This document shows positions 9,397-19,190 of a DNA stretch of 64,000 bases, in pieces. Origin of the DNA: a virus (Duplodnaviria; Caudoviricetes); IMG/VR virus record IMGVR_UViG_3300037249_001000, positions 1 through 64,000 of that record, one strand, 5' to 3'. The notes below the pieces were generated by a model that did no database searches, had not been told where the DNA came from, and worked only from the letters and a program-made list of their open reading frames with translations. Numbering within the stretch: the first letter of the stretch is position 1; every line of letters starts with the position of its first letter. The position numbers and the translations under genes were made by a program.

Positions 9397-12162
9397 ATGA
9401 TAACAATGAATAATAAAGAAAATTTTCTTATCAGTAATATGAATTTTATTAATAATTACGATAGAGAAAATTTTATATCTGTTTCTAATAATGCGTTAAA
9501 TAAAGAAAATAAACTTCCAATAATAGATATTTCTCATTTTGATGAAAATTTTGATTTTTTAATTAAAACTCTTGAAAATATAGATATTAAATATTCTAAA
9601 GATTTAATTGAATATTTTCATAATGTTACCAATATTGATAGACGAAAACGAAGAATGATATCCACACTAAATTTTAATAATAATATTATCATTAAACCAA
9701 ATTATTTGTTGGAAGCTGCTAATAATATAAGATTAGTACTTGATAAAATAATATCAGGTGAAATAAGCACTAATGATATATATGGTGAATACATAAATAA
9801 TGATTCTGAATCTTCAATTCTTAAACAGCGAGTTATTAGTGGTATAAATAATTATGAGACACCAGAAACATTATTTATGAAAAAATACACAGATATTGAT
9901 AAATGTGACATTTTAGTTCCGGTTGACGGTGATTGTATTAAAAACGAAATTATTCCATTTATTGAAAAATTTAATGATACAAAAAATAATATTAAAACCA
10001 CTATTATCAACTCATCAAAGATAATTCATGATACATTTATTATTATTAATGAGTGTATCTCAACTATAAATAACAATTCAAGTAGGCTAGAGAATAAGAT
10101 ATTTGGATTTATTTTAAATTATTTATATAATCATATTCGTAATATTATTGAAACATCATCAATTGTTTTATATTTATATATTTCTAAATGTTATTTATTT
10201 GAAAAAATTACTAAAAGTATTATAGATACATCAAATACATTACAAGATGATTATTCTGATTGTAGGGATTTAGTTGAATCTGGTATTTTTGATCATAGAA
10301 ATATTTCCGATTCTTTATCTAAAAAAATTTCTAATAAATTATTAAAAGGTGATAATAATTTATTTGAAGAAATGGTTGATGATATCATAAATTATCACAA
10401 TAAATATATGACATTTCAAATTTATGATAATGATAATATAACATTCGAGTCCGTTATTAATATTTATGATAATATTAATTTTGGTATTGATACTATTGAA
10501 ATTCATGTTGATGATCCGTCTTTAATAATTAATAAATTAATAGAAGAATCTGGATTTAACACGTCATTAAATGAACAATATGGTTATATTGTTGAAATGA
10601 TTGACAATGTTAATGATTATTATGATATCGAATCAAGAGACACGTATGATAGTTTAATTGGAGAAATTGTTAATTATACTGAAAACACACAAAATATTGC
10701 AACGATGTCTAATGATATTATGACAAAAATATCAAACATTAATGATTCTATTAATAATATGCCTGATAATGAAAGTAAAAATGATCTTAAAACATTGATG
10801 GAGAGCGTTGAAAATCAATTTATTGATTTACATCAAAATATTAGTACTAATATATATAATAGATTAAGATATCTTGCACAAAAAGCAGATAAATCAATAA
10901 ATATATTTAATGAATCAGAATATAGACCCGAGGTTATAATTGGTGATAATCATGATGATGACCATAGAGAATGTTTCTTAGAATCATATATTAATAATTT
11001 ATCAAAAAATAATGATATATTAATGGAGTCATTGTTAAAGGGATATTATTCTGAAAGAGAATATTTAGAAAAAGGCATTAGTATAATTTTTGAAGATGGA
11101 GAAAATAATAACTCTAATTCGTCATCATCTTCATCAACCCAACCGTCAACAAATACAAATACATCAGCAAAACCGTCAGTTAATACAAATACTACGGGTA
11201 CAACAGTAAACGATCAAAATACAAGTAATGAACAAAACTTCGAAAAAGTTAAAACTAAAATTAAAAATCTCATAAAAAAAATAATTGATTCTTTTAAAAA
11301 TTTTATGGGAAAAAATAGTCAAAAAAATTTACAATGGTTAAAAGCAAATAAAGAAAAATTAATTAACCGAAGTTATTCGAATGTATCTGTTAATGTATTA
11401 CCATACCATGTTGAAATGGGTGTAGATAATATTTTAAATCATTATAATACAATGAGAACAAATGTTAATAGTGTTGTCAGAAATATTAAGAATATTACAA
11501 GTGCAAAAGATATGCGTAATAAATTATTTACATTTGGTGTTACATTTGATGAAAGTAATGATGAAAAAGATATATTAAATACATCAGCTCGTTTAACTGA
11601 TTTCTTTAAAGTTGGAAATAAACCATTAAATACAGTTACGTATTCAAATAAAGATGTTAAAACATTAGTAGTTGATACAATGATTCCATATTGTGAACGT
11701 TACTATGGTTCATTGGTTGATGAATTAAATAGAAAAGGTGATGAATTATTAAATGATACTCAAACAGCACAAGTTAATGAGTATGCTATTGTAACAGAAG
11801 ATGAAAATAATAATACTCAGCAATCATCCACTTCTGTACAAACCACGTCAAATAATAATAATCAATTGGCGGTACGAACACAAAATAATAACCAATTAGC
11901 GACGGCAAATCAAAATAATAATCATTCATCTACAACAAATCAGTCTCAATCAAATGATAAAGCTGCTGATTATAGTAAACAATACGAATGGCTTGAAAAA
12001 TTTATTGTAAGTTTTGTTGGTTCAGTTTGCAATGCGGCTAGAGCAAGAAACGATGATTATTTAAAAATTTTAGCTGACTTAGTACCCAAAGATAATAATA
12101 CTAACAATAATACACAAACTCAACAAGATAACAAAACGAACAACAATAATCAACAATCATAA
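9397..12162 (+). CDS. Large virion/internal head protein-like
   Basis: 921 aa with many xxE|S sites; IFE|D followed by an S/T/N linker and an amphipathic helix. Confidence 0.55.
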   Translation: MITMNNKENFLISNMNFINNYDRENFISVSNNALNKENKLPIIDISHFDENFDFLIKTLENIDIKYSKDLIEYFHNVTNIDRRKRRMISTLNFNNNIIIKPNYLLEAANNIRLVLDKIISGEISTNDIYGEYINNDSESSILKQRVISGINNYETPETLFMKKYTDIDKCDILVPVDGDCIKNEIIPFIEKFNDTKNNIKTTIINSSKIIHDTFIIINECISTINNNSSRLENKIFGFILNYLYNHIRNIIETSSIVLYLYISKCYLFEKITKSIIDTSNTLQDDYSDCRDLVESGIFDHRNISDSLSKKISNKLLKGDNNLFEEMVDDIINYHNKYMTFQIYDNDNITFESVINIYDNINFGIDTIEIHVDDPSLIINKLIEESGFNTSLNEQYGYIVEMIDNVNDYYDIESRDTYDSLIGEIVNYTENTQNIATMSNDIMTKISNINDSINNMPDNESKNDLKTLMESVENQFIDLHQNISTNIYNRLRYLAQKADKSINIFNESEYRPEVIIGDNHDDDHRECFLESYINNLSKNNDILMESLLKGYYSEREYLEKGISIIFEDGENNNSNSSSSSSTQPSTNTNTSAKPSVNTNTTGTTVNDQNTSNEQNFEKVKTKIKNLIKKIIDSFKNFMGKNSQKNLQWLKANKEKLINRSYSNVSVNVLPYHVEMGVDNILNHYNTMRTNVNSVVRNIKNITSAKDMRNKLFTFGVTFDESNDEKDILNTSARLTDFFKVGNKPLNTVTYSNKDVKTLVVDTMIPYCERYYGSLVDELNRKGDELLNDTQTAQVNEYAIVTEDENNNTQQSSTSVQTTSNNNNQLAVRTQNNNQLATANQNNNHSSTTNQSQSNDKAADYSKQYEWLEKFIVSFVGSVCNAARARNDDYLKILADLVPKDNNTNNNTQTQQDNKTNNNNQQS

Positions 12163-12165
12163 AAA

Positions 12166-12205
12166 AAAAAATACTGTGATAGATGAACTCTATCACAGTA
12201 TTTTT
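12166..12205. terminator. Bidirectional intrinsic terminator
   Basis: aaaaatactgtgataga/tctatcacagtattttt between convergent genes. Confidence 0.85.
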
Positions 12206-13466
12206 ATTTTAATAATTTTAATTCAACATCGGTTGATAATGCAAAATCACTACCGTCTTTAATAAAAACTAAATTTGTTGATGATAAAATATAATCACCT
12301 CTATAATTTCCACTTATAGTTGAATCCTCGAATAACAATTTAATTTTTTTATTAGGTTTAAGTGCATCAATATCATAATTACTTAATAATGTATTTACTA
12401 CTATTTTTTTAGAATTAACTATAGAATTATACATATTGACATAATATTCATTTTCAGTTTTATTCTCAATAACAGTAGTATTACCATAACTATTTTTATT
12501 AATATCTATACTTCCTGAATAACTATCAACTGAAGATGCTTGTACTGAATTAATTACATCAAATGAAATGGTTTCATCTCTTATACTAACATTATTAGTT
12601 CCTAATATATAATAAGAACTTAAATCACTTGCTCTTCGTATACTACATAATTCATTCGCAGCGATTCTATTATTTTTCTTAGGTATCAATATATTAGTTT
12701 CAGTCATTTCATTATATTGATAAGCTTTGCAACCACCCGAATATGGTAGTATATAAAATATATCATCAATAAAATCATTATAAGCAATAAAACCATTTTT
12801 ATATATACCATAATAATTATTTATCCACATTAATGCTTCTTTAGCTTTTAATGGTGGGATAAGTAATTCAGGAATAATTTTATTATTATCAGCAGGTGCC
12901 ATTAAAATATTTTTAAGTCCTGATTGATTTATAATATATTGAATAGCACCTGTAGATGTCGCATTGGTTAAGACATTATTAATATTTGTATTCATTTTAT
13001 TAATAATATCAGATTTATATAAATAAAACTCAATTGGATTATTTGATTTAACTAGATCATTGGAGATATCGGTATCAAAATTTTTTAAATTACGTTTTGA
13101 TTCCTCTCTCAGTGGTTTATCTGAATCATAATCTTCTTCGTCTAAAATTAAATCAAAAGTATCATTAATTACATCACGCATTAAGCTTTTTTTCTTTTTT
13201 GCGAGTTCATTATAATATTTTTGTATTCTTAATTTAATCTTTACTCTTGATTTATTTTGAAGTATCTTATAATAAATAGTAGATGCTGTAATTATTTCTA
13301 TTCTAAAAATAGGAAATAAATTATTTTCATAATCATGAAATATTCCTATACTACTGATTCTATCAGGAATAATTTCAATCGGTTTCGCATTTACATTTAA
13401 TATTTGAAACTCAGTCACTCTATAACGCCATTTTTGATATTTATCATCATCATATAAAAATGCCAT
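12204..13466 (-). CDS. Putative baseplate hub/tail structural protein
   Basis: beta-rich; C-terminal pattern GDYILSSTNLVF...DVEL resembles hub proteins; motif impression only. Confidence 0.4.
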   Translation of the reverse strand: MAFLYDDDKYQKWRYRVTEFQILNVNAKPIEIIPDRISSIGIFHDYENNLFPIFRIEIITASTIYYKILQNKSRVKIKLRIQKYYNELAKKKKSLMRDVINDTFDLILDEEDYDSDKPLREESKRNLKNFDTDISNDLVKSNNPIEFYLYKSDIINKMNTNINNVLTNATSTGAIQYIINQSGLKNILMAPADNNKIIPELLIPPLKAKEALMWINNYYGIYKNGFIAYNDFIDDIFYILPYSGGCKAYQYNEMTETNILIPKKNNRIAANELCSIRRASDLSSYYILGTNNVSIRDETISFDVINSVQASSVDSYSGSIDINKNSYGNTTVIENKTENEYYVNMYNSIVNSKKIVVNTLLSNYDIDALKPNKKIKLLFEDSTISGNYRGDYILSSTNLVFIKDGSDFALSTDVELKLLK

Positions 13467-13480
13467 TGGTTATCACTTCC

Positions 13481-14575
13481 TTATAAACATAATGCTTCCA
13501 AAGTTAAAGGATAATTATAAAACTTAGTAGCATTTAGTTTCATTAGAGATTCATTATCAAATCTATCTTTTCTTTGATTTAAAACACTTAATATATTACT
13601 TGTAGATAATTCATTATACATATCAATCAAAGACATACAATAGAAGTTATTGATAAATTCTTCTTTAATTTCTTCATCATGAAATATATTACCTAACATA
13701 TTTGGATTATTTGTAGATAATTGAATTTCATTTCTAGTAATTCCCCGATGAATATATTTTTCAAGTATTCTAGGTCCAATACCATTTAAACCTTCAATAG
13801 AACGCATTCTATCACCTAATGCAGATAATAGAGAGCAATATGTTCCATAATGGGAATACGTGTTATAAAGAGATTCTAAATCATTGTTAGTCTTTTTAGT
13901 AATCTCTTCTAGTGTTTCGGAAATATTACTACATATATTTCTACTTCCTATTCCTGTATGAATATAACTGCAAAAATAATTGGGAATTAATGAATATTGT
14001 GTTTCATTAAATTCCCCTGTAATAATTATATTTTTTCTCGTTTTATCATCTTCTCCTATAATATATGGAACTAACGAACCCTCTATATTATGTGAAGAAA
14101 TGTAATAAACTCTTGGTATAAATTCGGATATAGATCTAGTTTCTGGTAAAATTGAAGATTTTAATCCATCGGTCATATATACAAATTTAGGATTATTATT
14201 ATACTTTATAATAAAGTATGAACGATATTCATCGTTATATTTATATTCGTTAAATTCATCTGAATTAAAATCAGTATGATATAAATAGACCCTTGTATCT
14301 AACCCATTACTTATAAAAAATCTTTTATAATGAGCTGCTAAATTTAATATATTTGAAACAAATATCGTTGGATATTGTTTTTGTAAAATCAATTTCTTTT
14401 CTAAATCATTTATCATTGATAAATATTTAAAAACAGTTTCTAAATTAATGAATACGTTAATTTTATCACGTTCATTTAAGAAGTTAGCATTTGTAAGAAT
14501 TTTATCGTATTCATTATATTTTATTTTCATCATATTAAAATATATGGAAAATGGATCTCCTATAAATGAGGACAT
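13481..14575 (-). CDS. FEN/5'-3' exonuclease-like protein (H3TH motif)
   Basis: ALGDRMRSIEGLNGIGPRILEKYI resembles the H3TH motif LGDxSDxIxGxxGIG; promoter variant AACT-N6-TA at 14604-14615. Confidence 0.5.
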   Translation of the reverse strand: MSSFIGDPFSIYFNMMKIKYNEYDKILTNANFLNERDKINVFINLETVFKYLSMINDLEKKLILQKQYPTIFVSNILNLAAHYKRFFISNGLDTRVYLYHTDFNSDEFNEYKYNDEYRSYFIIKYNNNPKFVYMTDGLKSSILPETRSISEFIPRVYYISSHNIEGSLVPYIIGEDDKTRKNIIITGEFNETQYSLIPNYFCSYIHTGIGSRNICSNISETLEEITKKTNNDLESLYNTYSHYGTYCSLLSALGDRMRSIEGLNGIGPRILEKYIHRGITRNEIQLSTNNPNMLGNIFHDEEIKEEFINNFYCMSLIDMYNELSTSNILSVLNQRKDRFDNESLMKLNATKFYNYPLTLEALCL

Positions 14576-14637
14576 TAGTTTCACTTCTTTCCATTTAATC
14601 ATTTAATTAACAGTTCGCTACCTTATTTATAAATAAA

Positions 14638-14677
14638 AAAATTAGTGAGTGTGAATAATTTCACACTCACTAATTTT
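14638..14677. terminator. Bidirectional intrinsic terminator
   Basis: aaaattagtgagtgtgaa/ttcacactcactaatttt. Confidence 0.85.
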
Positions 14678-14850
14678 ATAAGGAGTACTTTCATGAACTC
14701 TCGTACGCAAATTAATTTTAATAAATTTTATTTTATATTAATATATCAAATTATCATGTTAAATTTATTTTTATTTTTAATTCCTGACAACATATTTACA
14801 TTCACCTCCATTATTTTATTAAGGAACATTTCATTATATTTTTTTATAAA

Positions 14851-15564
14851 TTATTTTCTTCCATACTGATGTGTCAAAGCATCAATAAAGTTTTGATTAT
14901 TACGATTTTTATTTTTCTTATTAAGAACTCTCAAAACGTCATACTTATATTCACCCTGACGAATCTTATTCCAATTTACAATCTCAATGTGGAAATTACT
15001 CGGGTTGTCATCCATAACAAGCATATCATGGAACACACGAATTGGATCAATCAAGAAGATTACTCTATCAACAGAACCTTTTTGAGTTTTAAATTTCATA
15101 ATTCGTGGTGTTCTGTTTTTCTTGAGTATAGCTGAACCGTTAGTGCTCACACCTCTAGCTCTTCTCCAATCAGCAGAGAAAAATGCTTCTCCATCTGATT
15201 TATCATATGAATATACTGCCAGAAGTTTTGCAACAGGGTCGAGCAATCTAACTGAACCATCATTATCATTTGGTCTGAATACTGATGGTTCATCATCTTT
15301 ATTCTTTGATGTATATTTACTCTTGTTAGCTATCGCATTTGGCGAAAGTACAACAGTAAATGGAACGAATTTTGAGCCAGCTTCAACAGAAGCTACAGTA
15401 AGCTCAATATCGACCGGATCTGCCATCGTCTTAATCAATGCATCCAACCTCTGATTCAAATAATTTGATACGTCAGTGGTAGAAATGACGAATGGCAACT
15501 CTTTCTCGCTAGGCTTCAAGCCTGCTCTTGTGTTAAAGTTTAAATTGTTATTATAGTTTGCCAT
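14851..15564 (-). CDS. Hypothetical early protein
   Basis: 237-aa ORF with RBS aaggag; early motif at 15642-15649. Confidence 0.8.
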   Translation of the reverse strand: MANYNNNLNFNTRAGLKPSEKELPFVISTTDVSNYLNQRLDALIKTMADPVDIELTVASVEAGSKFVPFTVVLSPNAIANKSKYTSKNKDDEPSVFRPNDNDGSVRLLDPVAKLLAVYSYDKSDGEAFFSADWRRARGVSTNGSAILKKNRTPRIMKFKTQKGSVDRVIFLIDPIRVFHDMLVMDDNPSNFHIEIVNWNKIRQGEYKYDVLRVLNKKNKNRNNQNFIDALTHQYGRK

Positions 15565-15641
15565 AATTTTTTATCTCCTTTTATATTTAAATTTTTTATA
15601 TCATAATATAGATGGCAATATTTCTATATCGATACGCTTAA

Positions 15642-15649
15642 ATAATATA
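15642..15649 (-). promoter_or_regulatory. Early promoter motif TATATTAT
   Basis: ataatata on +, upstream of the 15564 start. Confidence 0.55.
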
Positions 15650-15779
15650 TAAACCAAAAATAAATTATGTAAAAATATTTTTGATTAATTTAAAGTTATA
15701 GTCTAATTAAAATTTAATACTATTGAAAGTTAAATAATAAAAGACTTTTAATTAAGAATTTGTAAGAGGTGAAATAAAT

Positions 15780-16976
15780 ATGAATACAAATTATGTTGGA
15801 ATGATAGTTGCTGATTTACATATAGGAGCTATCAATCCATCTATTCAATATAATGAATTTAAATCTATTTTTCTTGATAGGATAGAAGATATTAAACCCG
15901 ATTATATTATTTTTTTAGGAGACTATTTTGACCATAAAGCATCACTAAATGATGAACTAAGTTATTATAGTTTTTATATATTTGATGAACTTATATCAAG
16001 AATTAAAGAAAATAATTTATCAACTAAAATAAGATTTGTATATGGAACTGAGTCTCATGAATGGGATCAGTATAATATTATAAATATAGCAAATAAAAGA
16101 GGACTAGATGTATCTATAATACATACAGTTACTGAAGAAGAATTATTTCCTGATTTTAATGTATTATATATACCTGAAGAGCATATATATAATAAATCGG
16201 AATATTATAAAGATTATTTAAATAATACAAAAAAATATGATTATATTTTTGGTCACGGAATTATTAGAGAAGTAATGAAAGAGGCTGCTATTTCCAACGA
16301 ATCAACTACAGGTAATAGAAAGAAAGTTCCAATATTTAATACTGGAGAACTAATGTATGCTTGTAAAGGTCAAATATATTTTGGTCACTATCATATTAAT
16401 ACAAATATTAATGATGAAGTGTTTTATGTTGGTAGCTTTAATAGATGGTGCTTTGGAGAAGAAGAAGATAAAGGTTTCTATAAAATTGAAACTAATGGAA
16501 TTTATTATGATAATGAATTTATAATCAATAATTTAACACCAACTTATAAAACAATATCATTTGGTTATGAGAATAAAATATTTCAAGATACAGAAATAAT
16601 GGAAAATAAACTCAAACAAATTGATAATTTGATAAAAGATAAAATATTTGATAATGTAAGATTTGAGTTTAATATTCCACCTAATGTAGAAAATCCTGAA
16701 TATATAATGAATTTTATTAAAGAAAGATATAGATTTAATAAACATATAAAAACAAATATAGTTCACGGATATATAGAGGATAAAAAGAAAAAAGATAAAG
16801 AAGAAATAGACAAATGGAACATAGAAAATGCTCCATTGTTTAATAAAGATTTAAGTATTGAAGATAAGATTAGTTTTTTTATTAGTTTGGAATTTAAAAG
16901 AGAATTATCTCCAGAAAAAATCGATTTATATATAAATAATAATTTATCCGATATTTTAAATCTATATAATAAATAA
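15780..16976 (+). CDS. sbcD: SbcD/Mre11-like metallophosphoesterase nuclease
   Basis: ADLHIG, LGDYFD, GTESHE, GHG, FGHYH and YVGS motifs. Confidence 0.85.
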   Translation: MNTNYVGMIVADLHIGAINPSIQYNEFKSIFLDRIEDIKPDYIIFLGDYFDHKASLNDELSYYSFYIFDELISRIKENNLSTKIRFVYGTESHEWDQYNIINIANKRGLDVSIIHTVTEEELFPDFNVLYIPEEHIYNKSEYYKDYLNNTKKYDYIFGHGIIREVMKEAAISNESTTGNRKKVPIFNTGELMYACKGQIYFGHYHINTNINDEVFYVGSFNRWCFGEEEDKGFYKIETNGIYYDNEFIINNLTPTYKTISFGYENKIFQDTEIMENKLKQIDNLIKDKIFDNVRFEFNIPPNVENPEYIMNFIKERYRFNKHIKTNIVHGYIEDKKKKDKEEIDKWNIENAPLFNKDLSIEDKISFFISLEFKRELSPEKIDLYINNNLSDILNLYNK

Positions 16977-16997
16977 TAATATTCTTGATATATTTAA

Positions 16998-17009
16998 AAC
17001 AAAAAAATA
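16998..17009 (+). promoter_or_regulatory. Late promoter AACA-N6-TA
   Basis: AACA AAAAAA TA upstream of 17041. Confidence 0.7.
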
Positions 17010-17040
17010 ATACATTTATCAAGAAAGTTGGTGAACATTA

Positions 17041-17517
17041 ATGTCGGAAGAGAGTTTATTAAAAGGAAAACTAAAACAACTAGATACGGATGGAAATATA
17101 AGTATTCAAGTTCAAAACTTAAGTTTTGAAGGTGATGTTAATAATATTACAGTAGATTCTCAATTAGACGTTAATTCTACAAATCCTGTTCAAAATAAAG
17201 TAATTGCAGAAAAACTTAAAGAAATGACTGGTTGTAAAGAATTTACTGACGGCACATCTGGGTTTGTACCAGCTCCACCAAGAGGAAGCCAGAATAAATT
17301 TCTCAGAGGAGACGGACTGTGGGTTACAATTGAAACTCGTACATCATATCCATTTACAGCTAATGCGTTTGCATTTAGTACAGACGAAGGTTCTCTTAAT
17401 AAAAGAGTAGTTTCTGGTGAAACTTTTATGAATATGGATCAGTCAGCTGTTTCAAATAATAAATTAGTAGGGAGTTCTGAAAATTTAGGTTCTATTGATC
17501 TAGTAAATATAAATTAA
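17041..17517 (+). CDS. Short tail-fibre-related protein
   Basis: VDSQLDVNSTNPVQNKVI and GFVPAPPRGSQNKFLRGDGLW are tail-fibre motifs, the latter shared with 19191; N-terminus paralogous to 19191. Confidence 0.65.
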   Translation: MSEESLLKGKLKQLDTDGNISIQVQNLSFEGDVNNITVDSQLDVNSTNPVQNKVIAEKLKEMTGCKEFTDGTSGFVPAPPRGSQNKFLRGDGLWVTIETRTSYPFTANAFAFSTDEGSLNKRVVSGETFMNMDQSAVSNNKLVGSSENLGSIDLVNIN

Positions 17518-17537
17518 TTTAAGGAGGTAAAATAAAA

Positions 17538-18347
17538 ATGGTTGATACAATATACAGTCTGCGTATTAATCCAAGAGTAATAGAAAATTCTACCGAATCA
17601 TTGCTTAATGAATTTTTAAATACTCAATTTCAAAAAATTTATAATTTTTTGAACTCGGCATTTGAAGGTTTTGATGGTGTTTCGATTGGAACTATAACTA
17701 CTGATGATGTTAAAGGTTCGTGGTATAGCAGTTTTATAATATATCTAAATTTAAGTAAAACATTTTATATTCATTGCTATATAGATAAATTAGTTGACAG
17801 CAGTAACAGCTGTACTTATTTTGTTACTAAATTTGATATAGTAAAAGATGGAATAATTCATGATTCTTTTTCTACAAATGCTAATCAAAGTTATGGGTAT
17901 TTATATTTCTATAAATCAAACTATGGAGTATTTACTAATATATCTAGAATTAATTTTAGTAGTGTTGCGAGCGGTTATTCTGAGAAATTATCAGCTATGA
18001 GTATGATATTTGTTCCTGATGATGTAAGTACATTAATATACGGCAAAAATGAAAATTTTAACTCGGCTGGTAGTAGTAGTACTGAACTTGAGGTATATGT
18101 GTTATCTGAAAATCATACAGAAATTGAAATCATGACAGAATCAGCTACACATATGTGTAGATCATGTGGCGATCAACGTATGTCTATGGTTAGTGCATTT
18201 TCCTATATAACCCCTATTAATTGTCCTCATTTATATAGAGTCATAGGTGTTCCAAATGCATCATATCCTAAAGGGAAAATTAAGGTTGCTAATAAATATA
18301 TGATTTGGATGGGTAGATATGCTTTAGAAGTTGAAAATGAGGAATAA
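17538..18347 (+). CDS. Tail-fibre-associated protein
   Basis: beta-rich 269-aa ORF co-transcribed in the fibre module; a paralogous fragment lies downstream. Confidence 0.5.
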   Translation: MVDTIYSLRINPRVIENSTESLLNEFLNTQFQKIYNFLNSAFEGFDGVSIGTITTDDVKGSWYSSFIIYLNLSKTFYIHCYIDKLVDSSNSCTYFVTKFDIVKDGIIHDSFSTNANQSYGYLYFYKSNYGVFTNISRINFSSVASGYSEKLSAMSMIFVPDDVSTLIYGKNENFNSAGSSSTELEVYVLSENHTEIEIMTESATHMCRSCGDQRMSMVSAFSYITPINCPHLYRVIGVPNASYPKGKIKVANKYMIWMGRYALEVENEE

Positions 18348-18362
18348 TTGAGGTGATACTAT

Positions 18363-19087
18363 ATAGCAGATGAAAAAATTGTACATGGTAAGCTAAATAG
18401 TATAGATGCTGATGGTAATGTTTCTTTTAGAGTAACAAATATAGATGGCGTTGAATCAGAAACTTCGACTGTTCCGTTTTGTGTTTGTAATACGAATTCA
18501 ATAACAGCTGAAAAAAATCGCAACAACAACATCTTTTTTTGAGTTAAAAAAGGAGCTTTATCTGTAGTTAGATTTTATTCTACTAATTCAGTAAATAATA
18601 TGAAATTAAATATTAATAGTACTGGAGCAAAACCTGTTTTTTATCATGGAGAAGCTATAGGTAAAGATATACTTAAAGCTGGCACATATATGTTTGTTTA
18701 TGATGGAACAATTCTAAACTACGGTTCTAATAGTGAGGCAACGACTGAATCATATCTAAATGGTATTTTTGTTCAGGATAATGACCCGACTATTTTTTGG
18801 AATTTTACGCATAATAATACTAATAGTGAGACCTCCCATCAATATCATATATTTTCATTAAATCATGAAAATCAAGAAACTATACAGGAATCAATGTTAT
18901 ATTTTGCTAAAAACTTTGGTTCTCAAAAATATTACTAATACATGTTTATAGTTTTGACTATCCTATTAATACACCACATTTATATAGAGTTCTCGGTATA
19001 TCTGATGATACAGTAACTGGTAGAATATCTGTTAGTGGTAAAACACTATTTTGGATTGGGCGATTTGCATTAGAATTTAATGAATAA
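18363..19087 (+). pseudogene. Decayed duplicate of the fibre/accessory module (includes ORF 18600..18938)
   Basis: RBS gaggtg plus ATA-ADEKIVHGKLNSIDADGNV (paralog of the 17041/19191 N-termini); in-frame TGA at 18540; final frameshifted part YPINTPHLYRVLG...WIGRFALEF parallels the 17538 C-terminus. Confidence 0.7.
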
Positions 19088-19091
19088 AATA

Positions 19092-19127
19092 AATGAATAA
19101 AGTATGATATATCATACTTTATTCATT
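19092..19127. terminator. Perfect 36-bp palindrome (terminator-like)
   Basis: aatgaataaagtatgata|tatcatactttattcatt. Confidence 0.75.
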
Positions 19128-19139
19128 CTTTATTTAAAA

Positions 19140-19151
19140 AACAGATTTATA
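19140..19151 (+). promoter_or_regulatory. Late promoter AACA-N6-TA
   Basis: AACA GATTTA TA. Confidence 0.75.
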
Positions 19152-19190
19152 ATATAATACTTTAAATATAAAATGAAAGGATTGAAAAAT

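Noticed and set aside
18540-18542. In-frame TGA suggesting stop-codon reassignment
   Set aside because: Other genes are full-length in code 11 and end in TAA, TAG or TGA; this stop is explained by compensating indels in a decayed gene
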